In this document: piece by piece, positions 1-15,278 of the stretch
Layout: the number at the start of each line of letters is the position of its first letter
Numbering within the stretch: position 1 is the first letter of the stretch
Origin: Camelus ferus
Taxonomy: Eukaryota
Assembly: GCF_009834535.1 (NCBI RefSeq)
Contig: NC_045697.1
Span: 72,542,001-72,606,000 of the forward strand
Length of the DNA: 64,000 bases
Direction of reading: 5' to 3'
The notes under the pieces: generated by a model
What the model saw: the letters and a program-made list of their open reading frames with translations, nothing else
Told to the model about the DNA's origin: nothing
Database searches by the model: none
Made by a program: the position numbers and the translations under genes

Positions 1-1452
1 ACCCTCTATACTAGTTTCAGACATCCAAATCTGTACAAGACCAAAAGAGTTAAAAAATTACTGCTTTTTTCCCAAAGAAATTTTCATTTTCTAAAAAATT
101 AAAGCTGAAGTGATTCTTGTGGCAGAGGTTTAAAAATATTTTAACTTCAACATGGATAATGAAGATTCAAATTTGTGTTCTTAGTTTTAAATTCACTTAA
201 AGCCTGAGACAATGGAAGAGGCAGAAGGAAAGACAATAGGAGCACAGAATGTTTTAAAGTTCAGTTTATAGGAACTGATCAGATGGAGCAGATAAACCAA
301 ACCAGGGTGTTATTAGTCACTTTACCAAGAAACAATCCCAATTTCTCAAGGTTCTTCTAAAAGGCAAGCATTCTGTTTCCCATATGGACTCTTCTAGATC
401 TTTCTACCTGGACAAAGTTCTTTTTGTTGCATATTTCAAGCCAGAACATTCCCAAATGTTTGGTAAACTAAGCTCTGGGTAAACAAGGGCAATGAAGCTT
501 ACCAGCAGTACCCACAAATCAAATGAGCTCTTCTGAAGACATGGATTCAGAGAAATCACAAAGGTTAATGTACTCGCTCCATCATCCTTTGTCTAGCAAT
601 TTCCTCAGCTATGAACAGCTGTTGTTAATAGTTCTGAGAAGTAGTAGCTGCTCTGTCACTAGAACATTGCAACCTCTATTTATCACATTCACCAACTGCC
701 TGGTGTGCACCACGTTACTTAAAGAGGGGCTAACTGATCTGTAACATCCCTCACTCCCACCTTCTCCTCTTCCTTTTCTTCTCTCTCACAGTTCCCTGGT
801 CATGTAATATTCAAAGACATAAAACAGAGGGGATGCTCTTGGGCTCTCTACCTTATAAATGTAGTTCCTGCTTCACAGATACATGCCTTTTAAAAACATA
901 CAGTAGTTATTAAGGAAGCAACTAGTTACCAAATAGATGCAAAGTGGAAAGAGACAGAATTAGGAATGTATGTTCATGATGATATACAAGTAAGAATTCA
1001 CAGAAAAAAAAAGAGGTAGTGGGATTCTTCCAAACAAGTCGCCAGTAAAACTGAAAACACCTGATGCTAATTCTGTGTCTCCCGGACACAATTAAATGTG
1101 GTTAACTGTTTCCCCATTTCATCTGATGCTCTCATAATTTTGGAGGTTTATTTGTTTGATTTACATTAAATCATGGCTTCCCAATTTGTAATTTTTAAAA
1201 ACAATTATAAAATTGAGCAATTTGTTTTTCTTTAATCCTCCACCACTTCATTTGCTCTAAGAATTAGTGACATGTAAAGTTGAATGAGGAAGAGTTGGTG
1301 GCTCAGATCCAAGTGGCCTTTCTTTGAGAGCATTAAACGTACCCCTATCTTGTAAAAGCAGCAGCTTAGCATCTATATGCCATAACTCCCTAAAATCACA
1401 TGATTTTTTGATGAGCAAATTGTGGCCTAATGTGATTAAGGATAATGGACTA

Positions 1453-1566
<114 letters not shown>

Positions 1567-1854
1567 CTATAACCAGAAACCAACTGGACATCAGTGATGT
1601 GAGCTGAAGTATGAACTCACTGGCAACTCCTTCAGGAGGTCAAAGGCAAGAGGAATCTACAAAGGGAGCATTGGCTTGCAGCCTTGATTAATCATGTATG
1701 ATACAAGATACAGGAGAATATCATTAATAACATTAACTGTGGACCAAGCAGGACTATGATGACTCCCAAGCTATTCAAAGTATTTGTCTTGTACTAAAAC
1801 CTGTAGATACTGTGACAGATCAGAAATTTAATATTACAGAAGAGGATGTTTTTA

Positions 1855-2093
1855 TATTTTTGAAATTGTGCTAAAATACACATAATATAACATTTATCAA
1901 CTTAACCATTTTAAGCGTACAGTCCAGTAGTGTTAAGTACATTCACATTATTGTGCAACAGATCTTCAGAATTTTTTTCATCTTGCAAAACTGAAACTCT
2001 AGACCCATAAAACAACAACTCCCCACCCCCTCTCCCCCAGCCCCTGGCAACCACCTTTCTACTTTCTGTCTCTGTGAATTTGTCTACTCTAGG
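1855..2093 (-). mobile_element. L1 3'-end fragment (L1MB-like)
   Basis: Typical reverse L1M 3'UTR sequence, e.g. cccctggcaaccacc...ctactttctgtctctgtgaattt. Confidence 0.8.
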
Positions 2094-2151
2094 TAAGGAA
2101 GGGGCAATTTTTCAAAACAGGATTTAAACACATTTAAAACAGGAGATGTAC

Positions 2152-2210
2152 CTCTTCAGGATTTGGTCTGGCTTGTATTCTTTCTTGCAGAGATGGGGTA
2201 TCAACTGTTC
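2152..2210 (-). CDS. BDH2: BDH2 coding exon 7 (GTVDTPSLQERIQARPNPEE)
   Basis: 59 nt, tttag| ... |gtacat, phase 1 to 0. Confidence 0.96.
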
Positions 2211-2972
2211 CTAAATCAAAGGGGGGTATTCAGCTTGGTTACTTACTTAGACTGAAAAAGAAACTGACAATTAAACTTTAAACTTCCTTTCCATATGATA
2301 CAACGGATCAGTGAAATCTTTCTCCATGACTTAGAATGATAATTTCACCTCTACCCGCCCGCCCTTTTAGTTAATAGGCTTACAACTTTAGTAACATCCC
2401 TATAATTTTTTAAAAAAGACTGTAATTCTTTGTGAAACTGGGCAGGGTCTCTGGGTGAAGCATTCCCATGGACATATTTTAGTCACATTACATTGACATG
2501 ATCCTTTATAGAGTTTAAACACTTGAATAGGTATTATCTCAATTCATCCTCCAAATAACCCTGAGATGTAGGTAAAATCATACAAGTACTTGACCAGTAT
2601 AAGGACCCAGACTGTCTTCATGATCTCAAAACCATCCTTTGCTGTCAGGTTCACTTTGGGGGATCCTCAGGGACAACTCCACGTGTGTCAGACTCCTTGA
2701 TAATTTAGGTGGCTCTAAATTTTTCTCAGTATGTTGCCTATTTTCATCGGTGTCAAATTCCTATTTTAACCATTGTTTCATGTTTCTCATCAAAAAATAT
2801 AATTTTAAATTATTTTACTTTAAAAGAAGAAAAATGACACTAAAATTTTAAAAATCCTACTTAGATCATGTTCTCAGACATTTTTGTAAACTTATGTGAC
2901 CTGTACATTCTCCAGAGGGCCTTTCTGTTGGCTGACAGTCCTCCAGAAGACCACAAATCAACTCCATTTGAT

Positions 2973-3400
2973 ACTGAATATAGTTCCCTGTGCTATAAGA
3001 ACCTTGTTTATCTATTCTATATATAGTAGTTTGTAGCTACTAATCGTAAGCTCACAATTTATCTCTCCCCACCTTCTTTCCTCCCTGGTAACCATAAATT
3101 TGTTTTCTATGTCTGTGAGTCTTTTTATGTTTTGTAAGTTCATTTGTGTCATTTTTTTTAGATTTCACATATAAGTGATATCATGATATTTGTCTTTTTC
3201 TCTGTCTGACTTACTGCACTTAGTATAATCTCTAGGTCCATCCATGTTGCTGCAAATGGCATTATATCATTACTTTTTATGGCTGAGTAGTATTCCAATC
3301 ATCTGTCAATGGACATTTAGGTTGCTTCCATGTCTTGGCTATTGTAAATAGTGCTGCGATGATCATGGGGTGCATGTATCTCTTCAAATGAGAAAACTCG
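2973..3400 (-). mobile_element. L1 3' fragment
   Basis: ggtccatccatgttgctgcaaatggc and ggttgcttccatgtcttggctattgtaaatagtgctgc; near-copy at 19860-20405. Confidence 0.85.
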
Positions 3401-4155
3401 TATTTTTATACATAATATTCTCCTATGACTCCCAATCAATGCCACTGTCACTTGACTCTGCCACGTCCAGGGCACAGACTGACACACCGTGCCACTGTCC
3501 ACACAAGTCTGGTGTTGCAGTTGTGACCATATCATCAGCACCATCCCAGATACACTCATTCCTTGTCAGGTTTTCTTCTGTGACTGATTCAGTGAGTCAC
3601 AGCTAGTTCCTTGTTCCAGACAGTGTGATAGTATATTTTCCAATCTTCTGAAAAGTCTGGCTTTAAAAACAACCACATTTTCCAAATCATTTTGCCACTT
3701 ATTTCTGGGCAGATGGCACCAAGAATAGCGAGACTGCAGTATCACTGGTGTGTACGGTACAATCCAGTGAGACTGTCTCTCCTGTATCCTCCTCTGCCTT
3801 AGTGTTACTTGTATTTACCTCAATTGTGGAAATTCTGTAGCTTGAAGGTTATTTTGGAGTTTCCCCTTTTAACTAATAAGCCAGGGGTCTTCAACCTGAA
3901 GTGAGACCATGATGGGCTGCATCAGCATGTCCTGTGGCACTTCCCAAACCACACACAGGTTTCCCCATCAGCTCCCTCCCCGAATTCTGGCACGCCCCTC
4001 AGGTTTTGAAAGGTCCCACAGGTACCTGTGAACCGCTTCTCCGCCCTGACCCCCCAACACCAGTTGTGAACTACTCAGAGAAACCTTGATTCTAGCCATG
4101 CAATATTAAATTCCTTTTCAGGGAGGAAGCTGCTAATTTTCTCAGGCACCTTGTA

Positions 4156-4662
4156 CAGGCAGACCTCATTTTACTGTACTTTGCTTTACTGCACTTCGCA
4201 GATACTACATTTTTTACACATTGAAGGTTTGTGAAACCCTGCTTTGAGCAAGTCTATTGGTGCCAGTCTTCCAACAGCATTTGCTCACTTTGTGTCTCTG
4301 TGTCACATTTTGGTAATTCTTGCAATATTTCAAACTTTTTCATTATTATTACATTTGTTAAGGCGATCTGTGATTGGTGATCTTTGATGGGACTATTGCA
4401 AAAAGATTATGGCTCGCTGAAGGCTCAGATGATGGTTAGCATTTTTCAGCGATAAAGTATTTTTAAATTAAGGTATGTACTTTTTTTTCCGATATAATGC
4501 TATTGTATGCTTAATAGACTACAGTATAGTATAAACATAATTTTTATATACACTGGGAAACCAACAAATTCGTGTGAATATCTCTTTATTACGATATTTG
4601 TTTTTTTTTTTTTTTTTGCAGTGATCTGGACCCCAACATGAAACCTCTGCAAGGTATGACTG
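4156..4662 (+). mobile_element. Internally deleted Tigger1-type DNA transposon
   Basis: TA|caggcagacctc ... aaggtatgactg|TG terminal inverted repeats; ends resemble Tigger1. Confidence 0.85.
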
Positions 4663-4846
4663 TGTTTACTCATTTTGGGTCAGTGGAGCTGGGTGAAAGG
4701 GCGTATCTATTTAATAGACACCCCCACAGGTATTAAGAAAATGGGAAGTTACTCCTAAGAAGTAAGTTATTGAATGCTTTTGTTTGGACAAATTGAATAT
4801 CTTTTCTACTAATAACAAGTTGTGCTTTCCTCCTTTCCTCTCTATG

Positions 4847-5045
4847 AGGGGCCAGCATACTTTCTGGTCAAAAGCCAGGTAGGAAATAGTTTTAGCTTTG
4901 AGAACCATTTGGTCTGTTATAACTACTCAATTCTGACTGCAGCATGAAAGCCGACTTAGCCAACAGATAAGCAAACTGGGTGCTCCAATAAAACTGTGTT
5001 CACAAAACAGGTGGTGGGTCAGCTCCAGCCTGAAGGCCACAGTTT
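4847..5045. mobile_element. MER58A-like hAT-Charlie MITE
   Basis: aactactcaattctg, ccaataaaact and aaaacaggtggtgggtc resemble MER58A. Confidence 0.75.
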
Positions 5046-5302
5046 ATAGCATAAAGGAAGGTGTTACTCCTTCCTTTTCATTTATGGGCCACCCCAGGAG
5101 GTTTACATCACTCAGTAGCTCCGTGTGTTCTGGAAGTCTCCTCTTCCTGCTGTCCTGTGAGCCTGGTCTACTATTCGTCTTTCCCCTGATAAGCTCATCC
5201 TGGGTCTGCTTCCAAACTCTGAGCCCTGGCCAGTTATGCCGCTTAACCACAGGGTTTGGAATTGCCCCCTAACACACAAGTAGCATTTAAACTTTTTGCT
5301 TC

Positions 5303-5734
5303 TATTAAACCAGAATGGCGTCATTTGTGCTAAAGCCCATGATACCAAACCTAGATTTAGCGCCTAACTTAATTGCAGCTTTGCCTTTCACCAGAACTGT
5401 TACCTTAACCAACCGGTCTGGAATTTTCTGGTCAGCACCAATGAGATAATGTAGGTGTGGGCCCTGACTATCCCCCTAGAGGAAGAAGAGGCAATCTGTA
5501 GATAAAACCCGGGCAGTCCCCTCCCTCACTAAAAAGGAGGTCCTAGCCCAGAATAACCTTTTATTTTATTTTGCCACTGACTTCCTCACCCCAATCTCCT
5601 TTCTATAAAAACTTTCCATTTGTATTCAACTCATTGGAGCATCCTTCCAGTTGTTAGATGGGATGCCTCCTGACTCATGAATCAAATAAAGACAATTAGA
5701 TCTAATTTACTCAGCTGAATTTTGTTTTTTAACA
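5303..5734 (+). mobile_element. ERV1-class solo LTR, antisense to BDH2
   Basis: TATTAAA...TTTAACA inverted ends, near 4-bp TSD cttc/catc, TATAAAA 5604, AATAAA 5685. Confidence 0.7.
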
Positions 5735-5921
5735 CATCTGTGGGTTATTCCTAATGACTCAGGATCTCTTTCCCAACTTACCACTGGACTGCTATCTTAA
5801 TAAGCCTAGACTCTGTTTCCTTTGAACTTTTCCTAATGGCAATGCAATAAAACATGTGGTAAACAAGCTTATGTAGATACCTTTCATGGTGGCAGCCAGG
5901 ACATCTGAAGGGCCAAGTTCA

Positions 5922-6077
<156 letters not shown>

Positions 6078-7068
6078 TCAAGTGGATGGAATAAAAACCA
6101 GTCTCCTTTAGGAAGGGAACACAAGTAAATCACCACTGCCCTGCTTTCCTCACTCCCTTTTTAAAAACTGATACCAGGTTTTCTTCCTTAGTACGGCTAG
6201 TTTCTGAATCTGGGAAAATAGTATCTCTATCGGCACAACTTGGTCGAGACTTTGGTGCTGAGATGCTGCACTTAAGTGACAGCGGCGGCCTTAGTTTTTC
6301 ATCATCAGTTGACAGAACCCTTAGGAGGATTCCAGAAGAAAATTCAGGTGAAGAAAAGCAAAACAAAACACAACCTAAGCAAACCTAGAAGCGTGGGCAC
6401 TTCTTTGCTTCCCTCTCCTGTGGGGGCTTACTCTGCGTATCCTTGCAAAGAGAAGGAATGTTAACTCGGTGGTCCTCAGTAGTTCATTTTAAACTCAACA
6501 GTCCCTCTGTGCCTGACTGTGACGTCACCCACCATCTCCACTCTGCGTGGCACTCTGGCCCTTTAACTTGACTGCTTATTTAGGGCCCCGATCAAATGTC
6601 TTCATGAAGCACCCCGCAATTACAGGCAGGGTTAGTCCCCCGCATTGACACAACACTTTGCACAAGCTCTGTATAATCCCGTCACACTGCAGAAGACGTG
6701 CGTTTGCCTGACTCTCTCCCCCACTTTGGAACTGTGAATTCTTCTGGGTCCAGGACACATTGTGGGTGTTCAACACATCTTTTTTGATTAATTAAGTGGA
6801 TAAATGTTTTCTTCTCCTAGTTTGATCATTTCCATAACCATTAGAAGGAATTAAAGGCAGGGCAAAGCAAACCAGCTTTTATTTTATGACTGGTTCACAT
6901 GGAAGGCAATAGGACTCATAGTTAAGGAACTTAAGATCAATTTTTTAAAAAGCAGTTTTGAAGTTATGTGTGGGTTTTATGATCTCCGCTCTGCTTGTTC
7001 CCCAAACCCTTAGCTTCTGCAGATGTGTGAGTATGTGCATCATGGTTCCCAGAGGAAGACAGACCTAC

Positions 7069-7129
7069 CTTTGATGCTGGAAGCCACAGAGGACATGTTG
7101 ATAATGTTGCCAGATTTCTGGGCAAGCAT
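7069..7129 (-). CDS. BDH2: BDH2 coding exon 5 (MLAQKSGNIINMSSVASSIK)
   Basis: 61 nt, gcag| ... |gtaggt; SDR catalytic Ser region. Confidence 0.96.
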
Positions 7130-10100
7130 CTGCCAAAACAAAACAAAGACAAGAAGAAGATGCTGCTAAAAATACTACTTCTTTGAAAGATTTGCATTTA
7201 CTTAGGGTTAGCAGAACCATCTTATTTAGCTATTAACATTAAGCACTGTTAAGCAGCCTTCACAGTCTCAATCATTGCTGAGAACTGATGGCCCGTGTAC
7301 ACAGGCAGGAGCATCTCCCAGGGGGTTCCTGCCGTCCCGTGGCACAAGAGCTTCAGCAAGACCGAGAATGAACTCCGAGCTAACTGAAACGGAATGAACG
7401 TTAATGTTCCTGTACATGTTTCTGATGCTGGAAAACTCTTACTCCACTCAACACACAATTGCTGACTACCCGCTGTGGTCAGGCACAGTGGGAGGTCCAG
7501 GAGATTCAGAGATAAACGACTTGGTCCCCACCTGCCTAGAGAGCTGCCAGGCGGACTGCAGTGGCTGATGTAACCTGCATCCAGTGACAGCAGAGATCTT
7601 CCAGCGAAGTGGGGAGGGATGGCGGGAAGGGACCAATCCAGGCTGTGGGCACTCAGAGGACGGCTGATTTTTGGCAGCAAGAGCGTCAGTCAGAAAAATA
7701 AAACAGACGGGTGAGAAACCACATGTATAAGGGCTCTATCACAGAAGGGGGAGGAGGGGATGGGTCTGGCTGGAAGGCAAGGTGTGGGAGGAATGAGGCT
7801 GCAGAGGCCAGTGGGGCCAAATTTAGGAATTTGGGCTTTACCCTGAAGGCAATGTGGTGGGGACAGAAGAGGAGTGACTTCTGAAGGTTGCAAAGATGAC
7901 TCTGCACCATGGAGGGGAGAGTGCTGGAAGCTGAGGCAGGGATTTAGGGAAGGGGGAATAAAAGTAGAGACCGGAAATGTGTTAGGTAACAGAGGTAGAG
8001 ACAGCTGAGGTACTGGGGCAGGACTTGGTGAACGGTTACACACAGAGAGGGCTGCGCCCAGCCAGGGCAGTGTTTCCTAAGGACACCTCCTTCAGAATCC
8101 CCCACTGAAAGCGTGAAGGTCTTAAGAGGAGGGCTTGTGGCTGTTCTGTCCTCCTGGACAGGGCACACAGCAATCAGTCAACATATTTTGATGAATCAAA
8201 ATATCTTGAGATGTTAGGTTAAAGTATAGATTGCTGGGCTCTGCCCCAGACCTAAAGGAATATATCAGTGAAAAAAGCTGCTATGAATTAAAAAATGTTT
8301 TCAAATGAACTGATGCATAATTAAAACATGTATGTATGTTTTCAAGATGATTCTACGTATGTGCAAGGGCACAGGCACCACCCACAAATGTTCTGGGCAG
8401 AAGAAGCAAGAGCTGCAGAGAACTCCTGTCTAATGGGCACTAACGTCTCACTGAAACCAGAGGCTGGAGGATGACCGTAAAGAACAAGGAGGTGGTGGTG
8501 ATGGGTTAAAATAAGTGTGAGGGAGACGGAAGAACACCACTAGAGAGTAGAAAACCAGGATATGCTCTGCCATGAAAATCAAGCAAAGAAAGAGTTTCTA
8601 AGAGGAACGAGTCTCAATAGGTGGTGTCGAAGGGTCGAGAGGAAAAAGTCACTTCTTTTGGGGTTACTTTCTCCAGCAGCTTTCAAAGAGGTGCAGGAAT
8701 GGAGGAGGTGAATGACTGGATGGATCTAGGGATAAGTTTGCCAAGATTATATGTTTCCTGATGGTGTTGTCTTACTTTCTGTTTTGATACTTAGCTACTA
8801 ATTGCACCTGAGAGCAGAAAGTCTAAAACCACCCGAAGGTATTGTGTTGGATGGGCTAAAAGGATACAGGAAGAGGCTGAGTTGGACCAACCAAGTCAAG
8901 AAGTTGGGAGGGGAGAAAATATTTAACCCAACTTGTTTGTCTATATATGTAATAAGGAGGATCGTTATGGAATGGGGTCCTCATAAAACGACCAGAAAAA
9001 TTAGTAAACAGTATTGAAAACTAAGCCTTAAAACTATTCTTTCTTATCCAATTTAGCAAATAACATGACCCATTTTTTAATTTATTTCTCAGTTTCACGG
9101 AGGTATACTTGATGTAGACACCTCATTTTTGATACACATGGAATGCATACAGCCCAATTTAATATGTAGACGAGGGCTATTAGATAACTTCAGTTTCCAA
9201 TTTTCTGGAATCCAATAATTCTTCAGCCAGAAGTTTAGAACACAGTCACCTAGGAGATGGTAGCGCTACCTCCTAACCCACGGACCATCCATTCAATCCA
9301 GGTCTGTGCTGATTCTCGAGTCTATAGTCCTTGCCTCCTTCCACCCTGCCTTCATCATCATATATTGTACTGACTTCCCATAAAGTCAGGTGAGTGCTAG
9401 GAAGAGCTCTGAAGTTATTCCCCTCTAGCTTTATCCAGCTGGCCCTACCGTGACCCAGTTCTTCTGTCCCCACTGACCAGGGCTCAGTCCTAAACCAGGC
9501 AGACTTGGCTTCCTTGGTCTTCAGTGACTCCATGCCTGACCTCCACTGCACTGACAACCTAGGTTCGTTTACTCATTCAACAAATGCTTGCTAATCACCT
9601 CTTTGTGTGAGAGACTCTTCTAAGATACAGCAAAGGGGGAACCCCCCCAAATATCCAAGACTCCCTGAATCCTTGATGTAATGGAACTTCTCTTCTGGTC
9701 GACCTTGAATTCTGCATTGACCTCTTTTTAATTTGTTCTCTGCCTTTTGACTGATCTTCCAGTCTTGGAATGGTTTTCTGTATGCTTACCCATGAATAAA
9801 AATTTCCTACAAGTGTTCCTGTGTTTTGACCACCTGACCTTTCAAATCTGTCTAGACCTCCAAATCCTGGCTTCCCCTGGAAAGTTCTAACCTGGTATCT
9901 GTGTGTCATGGTTGATGAATATAATTAGGGCTGGAAGGGATTGTGTAATCTATTACCCTCATTTTAAATAGAAGAAAGAAATGCTGAGAGAGCACAAGTG
10001 CCATCTCCCAGGTCACATGGTGAGTTAGGGGCCGAGCTCAGGCTGGGCCTGAAGTCTTCCAGTGCCAGATTCCGAAATCCAGGGTCAGTTCAGTAAGGGT

Positions 10101-11244
10101 CACTTCAACAAGTGGCACTGACTCCTTCTGAGTCCACATCTCAGTTATTAATATCTCTTGGGACTTTTCACAAATGAGTGTCATTGGCTCATATGGATTA
10201 TTTTCATGATGCTTTAAATCATAGACAAACTCACTAATTTGCAAGTTAGTGTTTGGTATTTTAAAAGTTAACACTTGACAAGTTTAAATTTTAGCTCCAC
10301 CAGTACCCCATGCCTACGTCCTTCCCTGTTATTTGTCAAGCATTCGGTTTCACAAGTGAGTCTCATACATGTGTGAGAGTCTGACCCATTTGGCGCAAGC
10401 GTTCCTCTTTTACCATAGCCTCTGCTTTCCCTCATATCCTATGCTAAAGATTAGTCTTCAAAAAATACATTCATGTTCCAAATAACAGATTCTCATGAAC
10501 TCTGAATAGACAAAAAAGGCAATTTACATTGTCAAAAAATTTGCTAGTTCAAAATACCGTGGGCCAATCCAAAGATCCCTTCTAGGCACTAAACAAGGAG
10601 ATGAAAGAAAACTTCCTTCATTACCAAGTCAGTCTCTGATTTTCCTTCTAGCATTCATCTTTATCTTTCTTGACCTTAGCCTGGATGTTCAGAGCAAAGT
10701 GTCAGCCCTGCCTCGCCATTAAAAAGCTCTTCCGTTGCCCTGGGTCGGGTAGCAGTCAGTACGGCAGGCATCTAATCCAGCTGGGATGGAAGAGCTGAAT
10801 GCCTCTTCCGCATTTCACTAGGTTTGACTTACAGCCTTGAACTGAGCAGGTTCTGTAAAAGTCAGCCTCATTCATTGTCTGGGCTTGCGCTGTCTGCAGT
10901 AGCTTATAAACTGGCTTTTAAGCTTATTTGAAATCAATGTTTTTCATATTTATATTCCCTTCCCCAGAGCACTGATGTGGTGCTTTCTATCAGAAGGCAC
11001 TTAATGCTTGTTTGTAAAATAAAATGAAAACCATTGAGGAGTTGTGTAAAGACTGGAGAATTCAAGGGAAGCCGACTCGGGAGGAATACTCTCCCCTTAG
11101 CACACACTGTCTCTCACCTCCCTGGTGCCTCTGTGGCTCAGCTGAAAACAGGAGAGCAAGGAGAATACTCAGGGGACCGAAGGCAGTGGGGTACATCCAT
11201 CTCGAGAGTGTGTGCCTCGACACTGAAATTCAAGAAGGGGCCCA

Positions 11245-11700
11245 ACTTCCAGGGTTCAAATCCTGGCTCTAATCACTTGCTAGTTATATGGCTTAGGGCA
11301 AGTTACCTAACCTCCCAGTTGTATCATCCTTCTGCACGGAGGACGTGATACAGTAGTACCTACCTCACTGGACTGCTCTGGACCACCTGCCTCCTCGCTG
11401 TCCCTCTCCCTGAAACCTGCTTCCCAGACACCTGAATGCTCAGCTCCCTCATTTCATTCAGACCTCTATGAAAATTTCACCTTCTCAATTAGGACCTCCT
11501 GACCCTCACTGATCACTTAGCTTCTTTCTAATACATAGTACTTAAAACCACCCCCATGTTATATATGTTTGATTATATAGTATCCTCACCCCTCACACTA
11601 GGACCTCCCTTATAGAAGGGACTTTGTTTAGCTCTCTGATGTGCCTTCTGCAGCGGAAATGCAGCCTGGTACACAGTGCTTAATAGCCCTTGAATGAACA
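11245..11700 (+). mobile_element. MIR followed by L2 3' fragment
   Basis: gggttcaaatcctggctct and gggcaagttacctaacctc (MIR core); L2 tail ending tgaatgaa. Confidence 0.7.
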
Positions 11701-11853
11701 AAGTGGAAGGCTAGATGTGTTAATTTCTATTAAATGCTTTGGTATAAATATTCAATACAGTCAGTCATTGTGTTAGCTATTGCCGCTCTTCAGCACATGT
11801 GGGGATCCTGGCCCGATGCCCAGTGTGGAGACCCACTCATCCAGAGGTGCTTA

Positions 11854-12024
<171 letters not shown>

Positions 12025-13670
12025 TTAAAAATTTTCTATTCACTTTCCTGATCACTTCTATTGGCATTTATTGCCTTAGATACTGTCCCTGCCCTTACCA
12101 AGACCGTTAACAATCCAAACACAGCGTCACCTAGTACGTCAGGTGAGAAAGTGCCCCAACAACATACGCTAAATAAATTGATTTGAAGACAACATCCTTC
12201 TTTTACAAGAAAACAAGAGTCTGGAGACACCAAATGTAAGAAATGCTACACCAACAGCACAGGAAACACCAATGCCACTAAAAACAGACAAATGAGAAGA
12301 GTATGCTCGCCCTGACTCCTATTCCAAGAGCAGCAGCGCCCTCAGGTGGTGGCACAGATTTAACATTCTCCAGGGAAATCAACGCTGCAAGGAAAACAAG
12401 TGTCAGCATCTCAGGGTAGCAAGGCAATACCCCCTGTGCAGCTCTGACACACTGAGTAAACAACGCAGAGCGAAACAGAACCTTTAAAATAATCTTCACT
12501 CTTTTTTCAAGTCCTACTTCTTCAAGGAAGCTTTCTAAACACTGAATACCTAATTGATTTCACTGTCCCGAGGCCACGATTATGTAATTAATTGTAAAAT
12601 ATTGTTGCTTGTGATTTCCATGCACCACTGTATTTCCAGTACAACCGAATCACAGCAAGAACCACACATTCTATTTCGTATCTCTTATGTTGCTGAAAAT
12701 TTCGTAGATGCTCAAAAACTAATTTTGCTAGTTGATTTTTTTCATGGCTCTGAGTGTATTCTCATATGAGGGATGAGCAGGTTATTTATAAAACAGATCA
12801 TCGTGAAATGTTGCTTTAATTTTATTTCCATACATTGTAACATATGATAAACTAGAGACAGAATGAGATTTTTTTTCACTCTGAAACATAATTGGGAAGA
12901 ACCACAGAAATATATTAGAAGGCTCCAGGATTTTTCTACCAATGCAGCAGTTCAAACGTAACACTGCATAAGAAAAGTGGGACATGGGAGGGTGTCTACT
13001 GAGCCCTGTGTGAGCCTCAACGGTGCTCACGTCTACTGTCACGCCTGAGGAGGGAGGGTGCGCTCCAGCACCGGCTGTATCTGCCTGCAGCTGCTCCAGT
13101 TCCAGCCTTCATCACTCATGCGCGGTTCAGCAGGCTTAGTACCACCCTAGTAAGTTCAATGAAGCCATTCTCTTTGTGCCGTGTGTAAAGGTACAACATG
13201 AAACTTCTTTTCCTGCGATTGACTGTCCCAGTAAGAAACACTGAGCTTGGAAAGTATAAAGGACTTGCTAGAATGTTGTGCCAAAAATCGGGAACGTTTG
13301 CATCTCAATATACTTCGTTTTAAAGACATTACTGGAAAACAGGTTTTCTTATTTTTTCTAAGTCCTGGTGGAGCATTAGCAACAAGCCCATGAGCCTGTT
13401 ACCAGCCCTGAGAAGAGCAATAGCTTTGTGCTAGTACCGGCTGCCTCGAGTGACCTCATCCGCCTTGAGGCCCCACGTCCACACCAACATCCATGGCTGT
13501 CTCACTTGCTGAACCTTACTTGTAATCAAAATTCTGTCCGAAATCTCGCCAAATTTCCTAAGGAAAGTATTATGGTTCATGTGAATAATTTTGCCATATT
13601 ATTAACATTATTTTTAATAAAAGTTACAGAAAACTTTCTGTAAGGAGAGTGAAACGTAAGTTGTGAATTA

Positions 13671-13817
<147 letters not shown>

Positions 13818-14331
13818 TCACTGAAGATTTAGTTGTTTCGAAGTGTGAAGATAGAGCTGTTTGGAAGTGTGAAGATGGCAGTATCCTGTCCAGTGAGACT
13901 TCATAGGATTGCTGACCATTAGCAGGGTCTTCAGAATCTTAAGACTCTCAGTAAAAATCTAGAAACTTTACTAGAAAATTTAAAACTATGCATCTGGCTC
14001 ACAGAATGTTTCTCGTGGACAGCCCTCAGAGGAGGGGGGCACAGAAATGAAAAATTTTCATCAAAAATTAGCATAATGGTGCTAAATGTTCACCTATGAT
14101 TTTGCACTTGGCAACTGAATCCTTCAACGTGGAAAAATAAAAAAAAGTGGATAAATAAAAAATTTTAAGTATACATCTTCAAAACTTTGTTTATACATTC
14201 AAGTATACAGATTTTTGTCTCTAGGTTCATGGAATATAAATCTGATATCAGAGAATCAGGCTCTAAACAGAAGGCCAGTGGAGCTGAACTGCTAAGGACT
14301 TTTCTTTCACCACGTAAGTACTAACACTTCA

Positions 14332-14493
<162 letters not shown>

Positions 14494-15278
14494 TTACCTG
14501 GTTAAACTGCTCTCTTGAACCGAGAGTCATTTAGCCTTTCGCCCTTATCTTACCCTCATTGTTGCTTTCCCTGTAAAACAGGTGGAATTTCAAACCAGCT
14601 AGTCTCACCTCATCCTTCCCATTGTTACTATTTTTATCATTAATTAGAATGTGACATACATTGTGCTTGTCATCTGACTTTGTTCCTTTAAGTAACAGCA
14701 AATAAATCAACGCTTAAAAAAAAAAAACAGGATTCTGTTATTAAACACCTCTCAAAATACTACTATTCTGTGATTTGATAGCCTGCATTCTATTTCTGAG
14801 CAGGTGACTCAATTCCAAACAGTAAGAAAAAAATGGGTTATTTCAACACTTCTCCTGCTAATGAAAGTAATTAGCTTGGGTAGGGGGTTTAATGTGCGAG
14901 AAGTTTATATAAATTAGAAGGTAAATATAACTGGAGAGACTCCTAACTCCAGAGTTCTGTATTGGGACTGACTTAATTTCACAAGGCTCTGCACTCCTGT
15001 AGGGCCCCTGTAGTAAATTTATTATGATGCAGAGAACAAAGAGGTAACGTTTCTCAGAGCCAAAGGTTATCAGTGATGTCATATAATGAACACGTGAGGT
15101 ATTCATTCTTCCATCTGCCTGGGGGCAGGAGTCTCCACTTTTCCTTTTAAAGCTTCAGACAACAGGAGCACAAAAGATAATTTAAAAAAAAAGAGTGGAA
15201 TTAAATAACCCTGGAATCTGTCCACGTAATTCAATACCTCAAAAGTCAGTAAGCAAACAACAAGAGGTAATAACTTAC

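Noticed and set aside
13831..13877. Short tandem duplication of aagtgtgaagat (similar case: gagatcgcagggtga twice near 16370-16402)
   Set aside because: Ordinary two-copy slippage duplications in introns with no sign of function.
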